The position numbers were made by a program, and so were the translations under genes. A stretch of 63,533 bases of DNA, filler included, from Octopus bimaculoides (Eukaryota), in NCBI RefSeq assembly GCF_001194135.2. It is 7 parts of 6 records of this genome, joined end to end, with 100 filler letters (N's around TTAATTAATTAA, not from the genome) between each part and the next. Parts side by side here need not be neighbours in the genome. Positions count along the whole stretch, not along the records: positions 32,057 to 38,169 come from NC_068991.1; positions 38,270 to 50,342 come from NC_068993.1; 5 more parts are not named here. One strand, written 5' to 3'. Positions 37,627 to 50,180 of the stretch are shown piece after piece (position 1 is the stretch's first letter; the number at the start of each line of letters is the position of its first letter). The notes below the pieces were generated by a model. It did no database searches, was not told the origin of the DNA, and worked only from the letters and a program-made list of their open reading frames with translations.

Positions 37627-38269
37627 TGCATGTCTGTCTGTCTGTATATCAAAAGGACATGTCAAAAGACTTCATACTGAGGCACCTGTTCCTTCTGCCA
37701 GACAGCACAACTGTGCATTATGTAATAAAATGTGCAAATCTTTGGCAGGACTGAAGAGTCAAGTAAGAGCCTCACAACAAAACATGCAGACAGACGATAA
37801 CATCCAGACAGAAGATACAAAAAAAAAAAAAAACAAGGACGGGTCATTCGGAGTTTATTTTNNNNNNNNNNAAAAAAAAAAAAAAAAACAAGGACGGGTC
37901 ATTCGGAGTTTATTTTCTTCAGTCGAGTTCCAGATTATCTTTGCAATTTCAGCTGGCTATACTCAAGATGCTCCAATCTGGCCAGGCCAAAGGAAAAACT
38001 AAGCTAAGAGCACTAGATTCCTTGGAAGAAAGCAGCGAATGTATACAAAAACAAGGACTGAAAAAACGGAGAAATAGTACACAAATACAAATACAAACAA
38101 GATGTGATCTATTTCTAGCACATTGAATGTCCACGTTAGTGGTCAACGTTATATATAAATATATATATANNNNNNNNNNNNNNNNNNNNNNNNNNNNNNN
38201 NNNNNNNNNNNNNTTAATTAATTAANNNNNNNNNNNNNNNNNNNNNNNNNNNNNNNNNNNNNNNNNNNN

Positions 38270-38319
<50 letters not shown>

Positions 38320-38347
<28 letters not shown>

Positions 38348-38865
38348 CTTCTTCTTCTTCTTCTTCTTCTTCTGCTTCTTCGATTGTCCGTCGTAGGTCG
38401 ACGTTGACTGTATTTGTTTCGTAATCATTCCTGGTAGGTTTGCATGTGGGTTACAAGACTTGCTCTTGATCTGCAGCAGCGATGACATCAGCAGCAGGTG
38501 AAGTTATTTGGAATTACGAGATTCAGCGATCAGTGCCATTCTTCACACCGCATGGCCTTCTTTACCCAGGTGTCTGGATAAATGCAGTTCTTCATATGTC
38601 TTTCTAGCACATCCCTGTATCGCACCTGGTCACCACGGTTCCACCTACTCCGAAGCAGTTCCACATAGAAAACTATCTTTGGGTGCTGCTACTCTCTATT
38701 CTGCAAACATGTCCCGCCCAACGCAGCTGCAATGTGATAATGAGGGCCTCTACACTTACTGCACCAACGTGGCGCTGGAAATCTACATTACGAATACTAT
38801 CTTGCCATCTGAAATGCAAGAGGGAGCACAGATGACAAATTTGAACTTGCAACAGGGACTTTATT
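38320..38865 (-). mobile_element. RTE (BovB-like) LINE 3' fragment with (GAA)n tail
   Basis: FRWQDSIRNV...LQLRWAGHVCRI, KIVFYVEL...RYRDVLERHMK...W, CHRCCRSRASLVTHMQT (C-terminal zinc finger). Confidence 0.9.
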
Positions 38866-39211
38866 TGCTTACGGTAGAGGGGTATGCATTCCGTGGCATA
38901 GAGGAGGCTTTAAACAGTAGGTTCTAAGTTGTAGATATAAAAAAATGTTGTAGATGTAACAAAAATTCGTATAAAGTAAGAAAATAGTGAAATGGAATTG
39001 GAAAATCGAAGAAGTTTGTTTCCTCCTCCTGATGCGGGAACTTGAAAACCCCAAAACACAGGTGTAATATGAGATAAATAGAAAAGTCATGGTTTCCAGA
39101 TGTTGACTGTTAAAATTCTCAGAAATATGAAGCGCTCGTTCTTATGCCATCTTAATTCCTCTTTTAGGTATCCTAACAAGGATATTGAATCAGAGTACCG
39201 ACACATGCAGT

Positions 39212-39730
39212 ATTCTTATTCCTTTTTCCAATTTAAATTTCAATTTATTTATTTGGATAGTGAGTGTTTGTATATATTTAAGCATTAGTATTCTGGCACT
39301 ACTACCTGCTCAACTAGTACTGCAGAGAACGCTATAAAAATAAAGCGGATAAACAAGTGTATTAATACCTACTACAACTATCGTCACAATCACCAAGACA
39401 TAATTTCATTAAAATTATATAAATAACAGAGAAAATAGAATAGCGGAAAAAAAAAAGGAATGAAGCGTATGAATCAATTCTAGAGAAAATTCCAAAGACT
39501 AAAATTAGCAGGATAATGGACAGAAGCCTCCAAAGCACATACGTACTGTATGAAATTTAGCTATAGATACGATCAAAGGAGAATACTTCTCGTTATACAC
39601 ACCCATCGTTGTTAGAGGTTCATAAAATAGGCGATAATGCTTGCCAAAATACAAAAGCTTGAATATATACAAACACTCACGATCCAAATGAATAAATTGA
39701 AAAATAAATTGGAAAACAGGAATAATAAAT
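39212..39730. repeat. About 90-bp imperfect inverted repeat pair (39212-39298 and 39642-39730)
   Basis: TTCCAATTTAAATTTCAATTTATTTATTTGGATAGTGAGTGTTTGTATATATT matches the reverse complement of the right arm. Confidence 0.8.
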
Positions 39731-39819
39731 AAACGAAGTTTGTTCAAGCGAAATAAAAAAGGGAACACATTAATTACGTTAATCGAAATTAATGTGTGCG
39801 TGCAGGTGTGCATGCGTGC

Positions 39820-39917
<98 letters not shown>

Positions 39918-40192
39918 AATGGAGGGAAAGAGAAAGAGTTTTCGAAGATATTTTAAGAGAAACAACTTGCGTTTGCATGCTTACTTACGAACGCTTAATG
40001 CATATGTTCACAAATATTTACACAGTACCATGGATCTATAAATATTCACAACCTTTCGACCTATGAAAAGGTTATGAAATGTACTCTCATTTTAAAATAA
40101 AATAAATGCAGAAAATATTTGGTAGGTTTTGTAAGGAAGAAATCACAGATTTTGATTAGATAGAAGAAAACATCACTCATACATAGCGAGTA

Positions 40193-41038
40193 CGAGGTGG
40201 TATCAAAAATGTCCCGGACTAGTTCTGTAGCGCGCCAACAGATGGCAGCACATGGCTTCGTGCGCAGTGAGAGCTAGCAGTAACCTTCATGAGGCAATGT
40301 GACGAGTGACATCGCTGTGTTTATTTCGCAAGTTGTGAAATTTGTGTCTTTGTGATCACCTGTATACTGTAGTTTGCGATTTTATCATGGACAGGAACAA
40401 AGAGCCAACGTGAAGTTTGGCGTTAAACAATGTCTGCTACAGAAACATTGCTTCGGCAAGCTTACGGCGATGAGGCAATGCGTAGACTGCAGTGTTTCTA
40501 GTGGTACGGAAGAAATGTCCCTGGAAGATGATTAGCAATCTGGAAGACCTGCCACGAGCGCCACCTCGGGAAATGTGGTATTGTGCACCCAGGACCAGAC
40601 CATCAACCGAAAGTTCTACTGCGACATTTTGAAGCGTTTGAGGGAGGACATTCAGTGAAAGCGACCGGATCTGTGGAGCGCGAAGAATTGGATTCTTCAT
40701 CGAGCTCTCATCACTTGTTAGTTTCTCTCTAGAAACAACATGGTGTCATTTCCGCACCCGCCCTTTTCGCCAGATTTTCATTTCTTCTCTAAGATGAAAA
40801 TGCAGCTCAAAGGTCACCGTTTTAACATCGTTGTCGAGATCCAGAGCGACTCGTAGAAGGTCCTCGACTCGCTTACGGAAATCGACTTCCAGGCTGGATT
40901 CCCAAAGTGGCAGGAACGCTGGGACCGATGTATTGCTGCGCAAGGTGACTATTTCGAAGGAGATGATGTTAAGACTTAGGTAAATAAGTTATTTTTTACT
41001 AAACATAACTAGTCCGGGAACCTTTTGATACCACCTCG
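40193..41038 (+). mobile_element. Mariner-like element with both TIRs, internally deleted (846 bp)
   Basis: 32-bp TIRs CGAGGTGGTATCAAAA...CCCGGACTAGTT (3 mismatches), TA on both sides. Remnants LRQAYGDEAM, HPPFSPD, KWQERWDRCIAAQGDYFEGD. Confidence 0.93.
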
Positions 41039-41821
41039 TACAGGTCCGTTAGAGAGATAACGTATATGTACGGTGAGTGGATACCCAGAAACAAAATAGA
41101 CGTAGTGAAGTCGATTCAGTAGTTCTGAAGATGTTCATTGGCCTTAATTCATAGATCGACATAGAAAAAGTGACAGTAGAGAGTTGTATGAACAGCGTTA
41201 CAGAATTTAGTTTCAGACCTCTAAAGTCTGAGTTCAAATTCCGCTGGTGTCATTGTTGCAGAATCGATAACATTGGCTGTGATTCAGTCGATTATACAGA
41301 AGTATAATAAATCGAAAACTTGATAACTTGATATACCACAAAAATTTCTGGCTCCTTACTCTCGAAATATTGCAATAAAGATGATTTTGAAAAATCTTTG
41401 TTTTTTGTCTACCGCATCAGTAGTCAACTTCTTGCTCTCAACCAAACATGTTCACTTGAATGTTAAAATTCGAAATGACTTTGATCCTCTTAAACACGAC
41501 GAGGTTTATATATTTTCTCAGTACTTTTAAGTAAGGCAATTTTGTCCAATCCACGTCACTTTATCAGGTTTTCTTTTATCTGAACCAGTATACTGTATTC
41601 GTCAAGGAAAGGTTCTTCACTTTCATACTTTCCGTTACATATTTTACATAGTAGCGATACAATGATCACAGTTATATCGAACATAATTTATTTTCAGAGC
41701 CCAAACCAGAACTACAATTCTGTGGGCATGTAATATAAATACTTCATAACTCTCTTTCTCACTTTCTTTCAAAAAATAGACGAAAGGCGTATTTAGAATA
41801 CCCAGTCTCCAATGACATAAA

Positions 41822-41876
41822 AAGTGTGATTACTTAAGTTTGATTACTTAAGTTTGATTACTTAAGTGTGATTACT
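41822..41876. repeat. 14-bp minisatellite AAGT(G/T)TGATTACTT, about 4 units
   Basis: Direct. Confidence 0.9.
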
Positions 41877-41879
41877 GTA

Positions 41880-42010
41880 GTTAAGAAATTCATTTCGCAA
41901 CAGTTTGGTTGTAGGTCTGATCCCGATGTGCAGTACCTTGGGCAAGTGTGTTCGGCTATAGCACAAGACCGACAATAATTGTGAGCAGAAACTATGCAGA
42001 AATCCAAGGC
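41880..42010 (+). mobile_element. SINE family C head, old and decayed
   Basis: GTACCTTGGGCAAGTGTGTTCGGCTATAGC...TTGTGAG. Confidence 0.6.
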
Positions 42011-42429
42011 GTAAATGCACATACCCACGTACATGCATGCAATCACTCATACAAAATACACTCATTGTATAGACACACACACACATACATGCACACGCAC
42101 ACGCACACACACACACATACTCGCACACACAGGATTTAAACGCGAGTTGCTATAAGTTTCATATCTCTAATAATATACTGTTCGGATGAGCTTGCATAGC
42201 GTGCCGTCTGTTNNNNNNNNNNTCAAAATATACTCTGACTACTCTCTAAGTAAAAGCGAGAAAGGACAACAGGAAAAAAGCGAATGAAAAAAAAAAAGGG
42301 ACGAGAAGAGAGAACTATGGAGGAAGGGAAGAGTGATAAGAGTTGCGTCTCTTTGGTCAGTTAGAATGGGAATTAATATGGTTAGTGTAATTAATTCAAC
42401 GAGGAAAGGTTAAGGTTTGCGGGACTGCA

Positions 42430-42901
42430 TGCATAATCTGAAGAGGGTGGTGTTTTCCAGTTTAATAGAAACTTCTCCACATGCTTACATTCAGGGAAAA
42501 TCTCGGATCTGGAATTCCCTATATCGACAGAGCGCTTAGATTTGAAACAGATATGAGATCTCTTGGCTTTACAAAGCCTGCACTTCCTTGATCCATTAAC
42601 GTATGGAGTAGATTGTTCTACGATGCACCACTTGATGGTATATGGTGTAATGTTGGCAGATCCCAGGTATGGCAACCTAACTCAGTGGTTTTCTTGTTGT
42701 CTACGTGTCGGAAAGAAGCCTAGTGGTTGTCTCTGTTTTTTTAAAGCCACTTTTGCGCATACCAAAATACCTTTTTCCAGTTTCGTTATTTGGCAGAACT
42801 GAGGGTATCTTAGCTTCGTAAACTACTGAGCTAACCATGCCTGCCTGGTCGAGTGGGTAAGTGTCTGAGTCTTTACAGTTACATTTTAGAATAGGTGCCA
42901 T
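42430..42901 (-). mobile_element. Penelope-like element GIY-YIG endonuclease fragment
   Basis: CNCKDSDTYPL...VVYEAKI...YFG, then IKWCIVEQSTPYVNGSRKCRLC...RSEIFPECKHVEKFLL. Confidence 0.85.
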
Positions 42902-43856
42902 GTTTATCAGAGATTAGCTTTCTGACACGTAGATGAGAAAACCACTCAGCTAGTCATGTCTTGAGCAACACTATGCTTTATCTAGAATGTTCGATAAAAT
43001 AAGGTACCAAACACTCAAATACTGGAATTCGGTGACCGTTTACATCTTTCACTACAGGGGGAAAATAATTGTGGCTTCTATGCTAAAGTTATAAATTATT
43101 AGAAATGATTAGAAATGAGTCAACTGGTTTCACTTCATGAGGAAATGATCATCTATCGCTGAGTCCTTACTCTAACTAGTCAGATATACTTCATTAGTAA
43201 ACACTTGAGAACATTGCTAATTGAGTACCAAACAATGATTTTGTTTGTAGAAAAATAGGAAAGAACGACTTGCGTTGATAAGTATTTCAATTATAAGTGG
43301 CTAAATTAGTGCTTTTAATGTCTCTTCTGACAATAATAGATGTATCTGTGTTTGCGTGTGTCTTTGTCTATGTTTAAAGATACATCAGTAGACGCATGTA
43401 TACACCGACGCAAGTGCACACGCTCACGTGCATTCATATAAACACACACGCATGCGCGCTACTACTTATATAGTCAGTTGAGGTAACATAAGAGTCTGTC
43501 TACATATTTAGCCATAATGGGTTAAAAAATGTCTCACGAACTACTAGAAGTAACAGCTAAATATATTTCGAGAAATACCATATCGTCTTAAAAAAAGAGA
43601 CGGACATGTGAGATAATGAAGTCTTAGACGATTCTAACATGAGGGGACAATCACAGTTGGATTGCCTTTGACAATACGTCTCCTAGATCAAGGTTAACCT
43701 AGAAATAAACTACAATTTGTTGAGACATATCTGATATCCCTAACAAATCATCCAATGAACACACACATACATTTATATACGTATAAATGTATGTCTGTAT
43801 GTGTGTAAGTGTGTCGATGAACATGTATGCATGTATGTATGTATGTATGTATGTAT

Positions 43857-43890
<34 letters not shown>

Positions 43891-44351
43891 TGCATGTATA
43901 GTGAAGCTCCAGTTCGGGAGTTCTGGAGTTGTGGGAAGCATGGAGTCTTGAATTATTATTACCAAGTCCGATCTGACCGGGCACAATACTACCAATCAGG
44001 GTCCTATCTCTGGGTTAAATAGATTTCCCAGGGATACAGGAGGCTTCTTTTATTTTCGACAGAGCTGAGGGGGAGGCACCTTTTCTAGGAGAAAGATATA
44101 AACTTGCAGTCAAAATAGTATAAGCCTTCTTGCAATGCTTGTCACTGGAATCTACTATGGTAACCGAGCGAGTGGCAAAAATATCCTACAAAATTGCGCT
44201 CATGAAGTAAATTAGGACAATCAGGCTGAGTGTGAGACGGCTATCATCTGACACAATGGGGTAATCATCATATGTATGTATGTGTACATATGTGTATACT
44301 TTTCCATCTATCTATTTACTTATCTCTATATATATATAGAGAGAGAGAGAA

Positions 44352-44412
<61 letters not shown>

Positions 44413-45719
44413 NNNNNNNNNNNNNNNNNNNNNNNNNNNNNNNNNNNNNNNNNNNNNNNNNNNNNNNNNNNNNNNNNNNNNNNNNNNNNNNNNNNNNNNN
44501 NNNNNNNNNNNNNNNNNNNNNNNNNNNNNNNNNNNNNNNNNNNNNNNNNNNNNNNNNNNNNNNNNNNNNNNNNNNNNNNNNNNNNNNNNNNNNNNNNNNN
44601 NNNNNNNNNNNNNNNNNNNNNNNNNNNNNNNNNNNNNNNNNNNNNNNNNNNNNNNNNNNNNNNNNNNNNNNNNNNNNNNNNNNNNNNNNNNNNNNNNNNN
44701 NNNNNNNNNNNNNNNNNNNNNNNNNNNNNNNNNNNGTTAATAAATGAATGACGAAAGGACAGGATATACGTAATCACTTTCTTTAACTTTCAACTCGTTC
44801 TGTTCTAAGAAAACGTGCATCCTGAAATGAGCGCCGGTGCGACATTCTATAGCTTCCGCAGAGCTCACTTTAGTGAAATGGCTGAGAAAGTTGCAAAATA
44901 TCGCACTGGCACTCAGCTTTGAAGGAATGGCTCCTAATAGAAGATGTCTAAGCTGACGAAAGTGATTATGTAATTCTCCTAAATACTAATTCTTATAAAT
45001 CATGACAAGATTAGCCACAGAAATCTACTATAAGATAAAAAGGAAAAAAATAGCGAAAAAATAACAAAGTTGAGCCTTTGGAGATGGATGGATCCAAAAA
45101 TATTGATAGAGCCTAAAAATAAAATCAGCAAACAAATGAAAACACATCTGAACATATATTATGACATAAGCTCTTAACATCAATGTATATAAAAATACAA
45201 GGGAAAGAATATATTCACAGACCACAGAGGAGGAGTTGACAATTACAATTGAAAATACCTATTCACCTTGATATTAATTACTATTGGAACAAATTGATAT
45301 ACATCTAGAACCTGGATCAACGTGAGACTGAACTTGAATTATTAAAGAAAGAAAGTTATAATTTATACTTTATATATAATCAGTATAAGAGGGTCATCAA
45401 GAAATATATATTTTTTAAACAACCTTTCCACCATAGAGTTAGCTGGTCAAAATAAACTCTAAAACTCCAAATAAGAATACAAAATACAAAATGCATGGAT
45501 GTGTGATAAATGTATGATAATAGCTCGCCGGTCAAAGATTTAGTAGAAGCAAAAATAAAATAAATAAATATTATTCATTCATATGTTGTAGGTTTTGTTA
45601 TCACCGAAAAGAACTATTCTGGTTGAGACTGCTTTACCACAGACCACGCACTAATGTTACGTTAACATTTTCAGGGTGTAATTTGCAAGTTCCCTTTTGA
45701 TACGTGCTATATAGATTCG

Positions 45720-47330
45720 AGAAGACTTACATGCACTGAGGTCCCTAGTGCTACTTTCATTCAACTCAAACCTGTCTCATACAAAATTCTCCCACGAGTT
45801 TGGGTTCACGTTGCAAGCCTTTTAAAATTGTTTTCAATGCACCTTGAAGCTTTTACGAGGCTCACCAACACTACACCCTCTGTTCACAAGCTTAGATCAT
45901 TTTTCGCAGTCTCGAGTGAGAAATCTTGACCACATATGCAGTTCAATGCAACTGGATTTTCTTCAGCTTAGCAGACACACTGATTGCATTGGCACGTCTG
46001 AGAATGTTTCTATTGAGATTCTGTCACTTTAGTATCAATGCATCTTCTAAAAAATTCAAAATTGTCCACATGTTTCAGTTCAGTATACTTTAATTCCAGT
46101 ATATACTTTTATTTCAGCATACTTTATATCCAGTGCATGTGCAGGAACAGATTGATGCAGGACTAATGTTTTTGTCGTGCTGATAGTGAGGCTAAAGTTG
46201 CAGGTCTTTAATAATTGAGCAACACATACTTGCAAGCTACCCATTATCATATGCAAACAACAGTTCACAGAGGTTTGCTTAACTTTAGTTTTTACTTGAA
46301 ATCTGCGAAAACAGGACAACTTATCATCATATTTGTGCCTAATGTCAATTGCAGGTGTAGGTGAGATGTTCTAAAGACGGAAAGCATGCTAATGAAAAGT
46401 GTAGATGCTCAGGCAGAAACCGGTTTCATAACATTTGCGACTGAAAAAGGTACATATATGTCTCCGCTGCTCTGTATCATCTTTTACTAGGATCCTCCAT
46501 AAACCACTACCACCACCACACATTAAGTTAAAATCTCTATGAGATTAACAAAGGTTATATAGAGGGGCTGAGCTCAATTCAAAGATCATATCCATAATAC
46601 TGCTTTTTACAACAGAAGTCACTTTCTGACAGAAATTCTTCGTTGTGAGATAATGAATAAATTCAAGAATATTCTTGCGAAAATTTTGCTGGTGATTAAT
46701 ACGATTAAGTTACCTTTAAGACAGTTACATGATTGTCATCTTTGTTTATGTACAGGTGAGCATTTTTGAATTGTTGGGAAATGGAGGCTGATGACCAAAT
46801 CAGGAAAAGTAACTCAGGTTGATAACGAGTGTTTCATCACTACAGGAATTGATTCTGCACATGGCCCTTTATTAAAAGACAATAACCTTATAGCTTCACT
46901 GATTTCAAGAAAAGTAACCATCAAATTATCAGAAGATTCTATATTTATGTTGAATGTTTTCTTCAGAACATTCAGAAGGCGCTCAGCTAACCTTTACATA
47001 TTACTTTTTTGTGATTTATCCATTTCCAACCGCTGCGATAATTTGAAAACACCCACACGAACTGGAGCGTAGATTGCAGAAAGCTTTCAAGAACATTTGT
47101 GCAATATTTGTATCAGCATACATTTGTTTGTTTCTTCTAAACCCTTTCTTCAAACCAATTGTTTTTCATGAACCTTTTTTTTTCTCTTGAGAGCATTTCT
47201 ATATAAAACAGAGGATAAGTTTTTGATTATGAGCTGGAATCAATGTTGTCAGATTTAGTTAGTTCATTTTTCTATTGAAGAAGTCTTCGGTTTGTATTGT
47301 TATTTTCATCAAACCAGTTCTGGCGGCGTC
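45720..47330 (-). mobile_element. RTE (BovB-like) LINE RT region, heavily decayed; may extend to about 47650
   Basis: Motifs in order: QNWFDENN, MKNNWFEE...ADT, AIYAP, GPCAESIP, KIFARIFLN, SIMDMIF, FQVKTKV, SLTISTTKTLVLHQ, RKSFK...ACNVNPNSWE. Confidence 0.85.
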
Positions 47331-47884
47331 TATATGAATGGGCAAGTATGTCAGCTGCAGAAGTATAAAGTTGCTCCCTGTGTGATCAGCAATAGAAGAA
47401 TTAGTTTTTGAGACATAATTTCAGAGAAGGCTCTACGAAATGTTGATGATCTAAAATACTCCAACTCTCTTGGCGGAAGTTCATCCTGAGATGCATCTCC
47501 TGCATCTAAATTTCACCTTTATTTTAATAATAATGAGCTTATGACAAGTACTGCAACCATTTCCATACATGGATTATCTTTATCTTCTGCGGACAAAACA
47601 TGTTCATTTCGACTTTTTATATTCCTGGCGGAAAGACTGTTTCGAGAAATGAAGCTATGTAGGTAATGGTGAAGTTCGGATGTAATATAAATGCTGTCAG
47701 GTTAATATACAGAAACAGTCGGATTTATATGTAGCGCAAAAGTTCTCAACTGAAAAGTAAATTTGTGAGGAAGATGTAGACAGGCACTTAGCCGCCACAA
47801 AGCACATCTTGACTCGTGTCTAAACGAAATATTTTTCAGCGAAAGAGATCAAAGAATAAGTCGAAATTAAACAGGTCTCTTCAA

Positions 47885-47922
<38 letters not shown>

Positions 47923-48789
47923 TATATAATTCTCAAGTAAAATCAACAAAATCATAACTCAAAAAGGACTCTATATATTATAAATGTAGAGTGTTTATTC
48001 TTTAATAAGGGGAAAAAACAACCTGACGTAACTGATTCAATATATACATCGCAAAAAATAAAAATTGCTAACTCAAATATTTAAACCTAGGTCAAAGTAA
48101 AGAAGGAAAAAAGAGAAAGGGTTATAAAAATAAATAAATAAAATAAAATAAAATACACTGAAAAAGAAAGGTGAAAAATTTTTATAAAGTAATATAGGAC
48201 TGAATAATTGAATATCACCACAAAGTACGTCTCTCAGTCACCCACATTTGTTTGTATACAGTAGGTGAATGATGAGAAAACAATACTATTATTGTTTTAC
48301 ATTCCACTCACTTGCAGAATACACGAAATGAAATGTACTGTTTCACTTCCTCAAACTTTGAAATGCTGTTATTTGATTTCCCTTTTTCTTGTTTTTATGA
48401 AAATGTAATTACAAATTCAAACGAAATATATTTAAATATTCTCAGTTAAATAGCAAGAAACCCTAAAAGCATGTTCATGTGACATTTTATATAGTACTGC
48501 TTTGATTTTGTTTAAAATATGAATCCGTCAATCTCCATGCAGAGAGCATATAATTAATACACTTATATTTCAGGACACCATTTGAATTGAAAACCTTTTA
48601 AAGTGAATAAGCATAGCACTAAAACTTTCACATCTCCCATTACTTACACTGTCAAAAGTAAAGAGTACTATACTTTCTCTTTATCAAATAAACATTGCTT
48701 CGCTCGGATATCCCGCAATAGAAGAAAACTCGTGCATTGTTCGTATTTTACCTTCTGGATTATTCTACCACAGGGCTATACATTCAAGC

Positions 48790-50180
48790 GGACAATTAGA
48801 AATAGAGTAGAAAGGGCTTTAGTTAAGACTCTAGAAGAGGCAATGAGGTCAGGCTGTGCATCCAAAGTTTTAGCGGCGGGGTTGGCGCTCGACCAACATC
48901 TCAAAGCTAAACACGAAGGGTGCATTGTCAGGGGTAAGTTACGTGCAATGGAACAAGAGGGAATCAACGTCGCCGGATGGGCCCGCATGGTAGAAAGCCA
49001 ACGCGGCAACAGTTCAACTATACGGTCTTTGACGGACCAACATGGTCGTTCAGTAAACGAGCCAGAGATGTGCATTTCGCCCAGTATTTCGGGAGGGGCG
49101 GTGGGGAGGACCTCACGGACTTCTTCGCTGGCTCGCCGCGTCTCTCGGAGCAGGAAGTGGAGTGTTGTGAGGGGACGATCACAACTGCGAAGGTGGAGAA
49201 GACGTTATCGGCCTGTAGCAGGGACAAGTCACTGGGACTAGATTGTCTCCCCTATGAGCTGCATTATAGTATGCCAGACTTGTTTGGACACCTACTTGCA
49301 TGCGTCTATACTAACTGGCAGCATAACGGGAGGATTCTCAAGTCTGTGAGCTGGGAGATTGTGACGCTGCTAAGAAAGGACCCAAACAAGGGGGGCGTAA
49401 TTGATCATTTTAGGCCCATCACTATGCTTAACGCAGAGTTGAAGATTTTGGCTGAGGTTTTAGCAAAAACGTTGGTGCGGGTCGTGAGTAAACTTGTCGG
49501 GGAAGCGCAAACGTGTGCCATCCTTGGCAGGTCAACTCGCGACAAACTCCACCTACTCCGCTATACCTTAGAGAGGGTGAATAGAATTCCTGGCAAGTGT
49601 GGGGCTATGGTCCATTTAGACCAATCAAAAGCGTTCGATAGGGTTGAACATCAGCATCTGGCGGCGGTCTTTGCGGCGGCCGGTTTTGGCCCGACTTTNN
49701 NNNNNNNNNNNNNNNNNNNNNNNNNNNNNNNGACTTGTTTTCTCTTGGTAATAGCTATCGCGAAAGAAGTAGTGTGGAAGACGAGAGTGAAAGGGATCGT
49801 AACAGGCATCTCCAGCCTTGGGTTGGTTAACTTTTTTCTTTTTCATATGGAGAGAAAAATATGGCTGGAGAAGAGATGCCTGTCGCACGGAGTGTTTCGG
49901 AAAAGATGGAAGACTATAGCAAGTGTGTTCAGAGTGAGTGAACCTGTTTGAGCCAGAACACAAGTACATAAAAAAAGGTTTCAGTGTTGGAATGTGGTTT
50001 GTGGGGTCGACCACGTCCCTCACTTCATCATTGTTAATCATTTGCTTTTCATTATAGTGTTGCATTTTTGTAATTTTATCTTTATGTTATCACGTTGTTA
50101 TTCGCATTTGATCCCCGACCTCCTGTCTGTCCTTGTTTTGTCCACACTTCATCTAGACCGTAATGGCTAATAAAGAAAAG
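48790..50180 (+). mobile_element. Tx1-clade LINE ORF2 (RT N-terminal part, gap, C-terminus) plus probable 3' UTR
   Basis: DKSLGLDCLPYE, FRPITMLNAELKILA, AQTCAILGRS, HLDQSKAFDRVEH; C-terminus AKEVVWKTR...ERKIWLEK...RW; stop at 49951, then about 230 bp ending AATAAAGAAA. Confidence 0.88.

Noticed and set aside
43500-44270. Dispersed repeats resembling 53560-53980 and other common motifs
   Set aside because: Probably old repeats, but too decayed to define boundaries or class.
46349-46450. Apparent plus-strand exon (ttgcag...MLMKSVDAQAETGFITFATEK...gtac) and ORF 46791-47072
   Set aside because: Both lie antisense to a decayed RTE LINE whose motifs run through the region in order.
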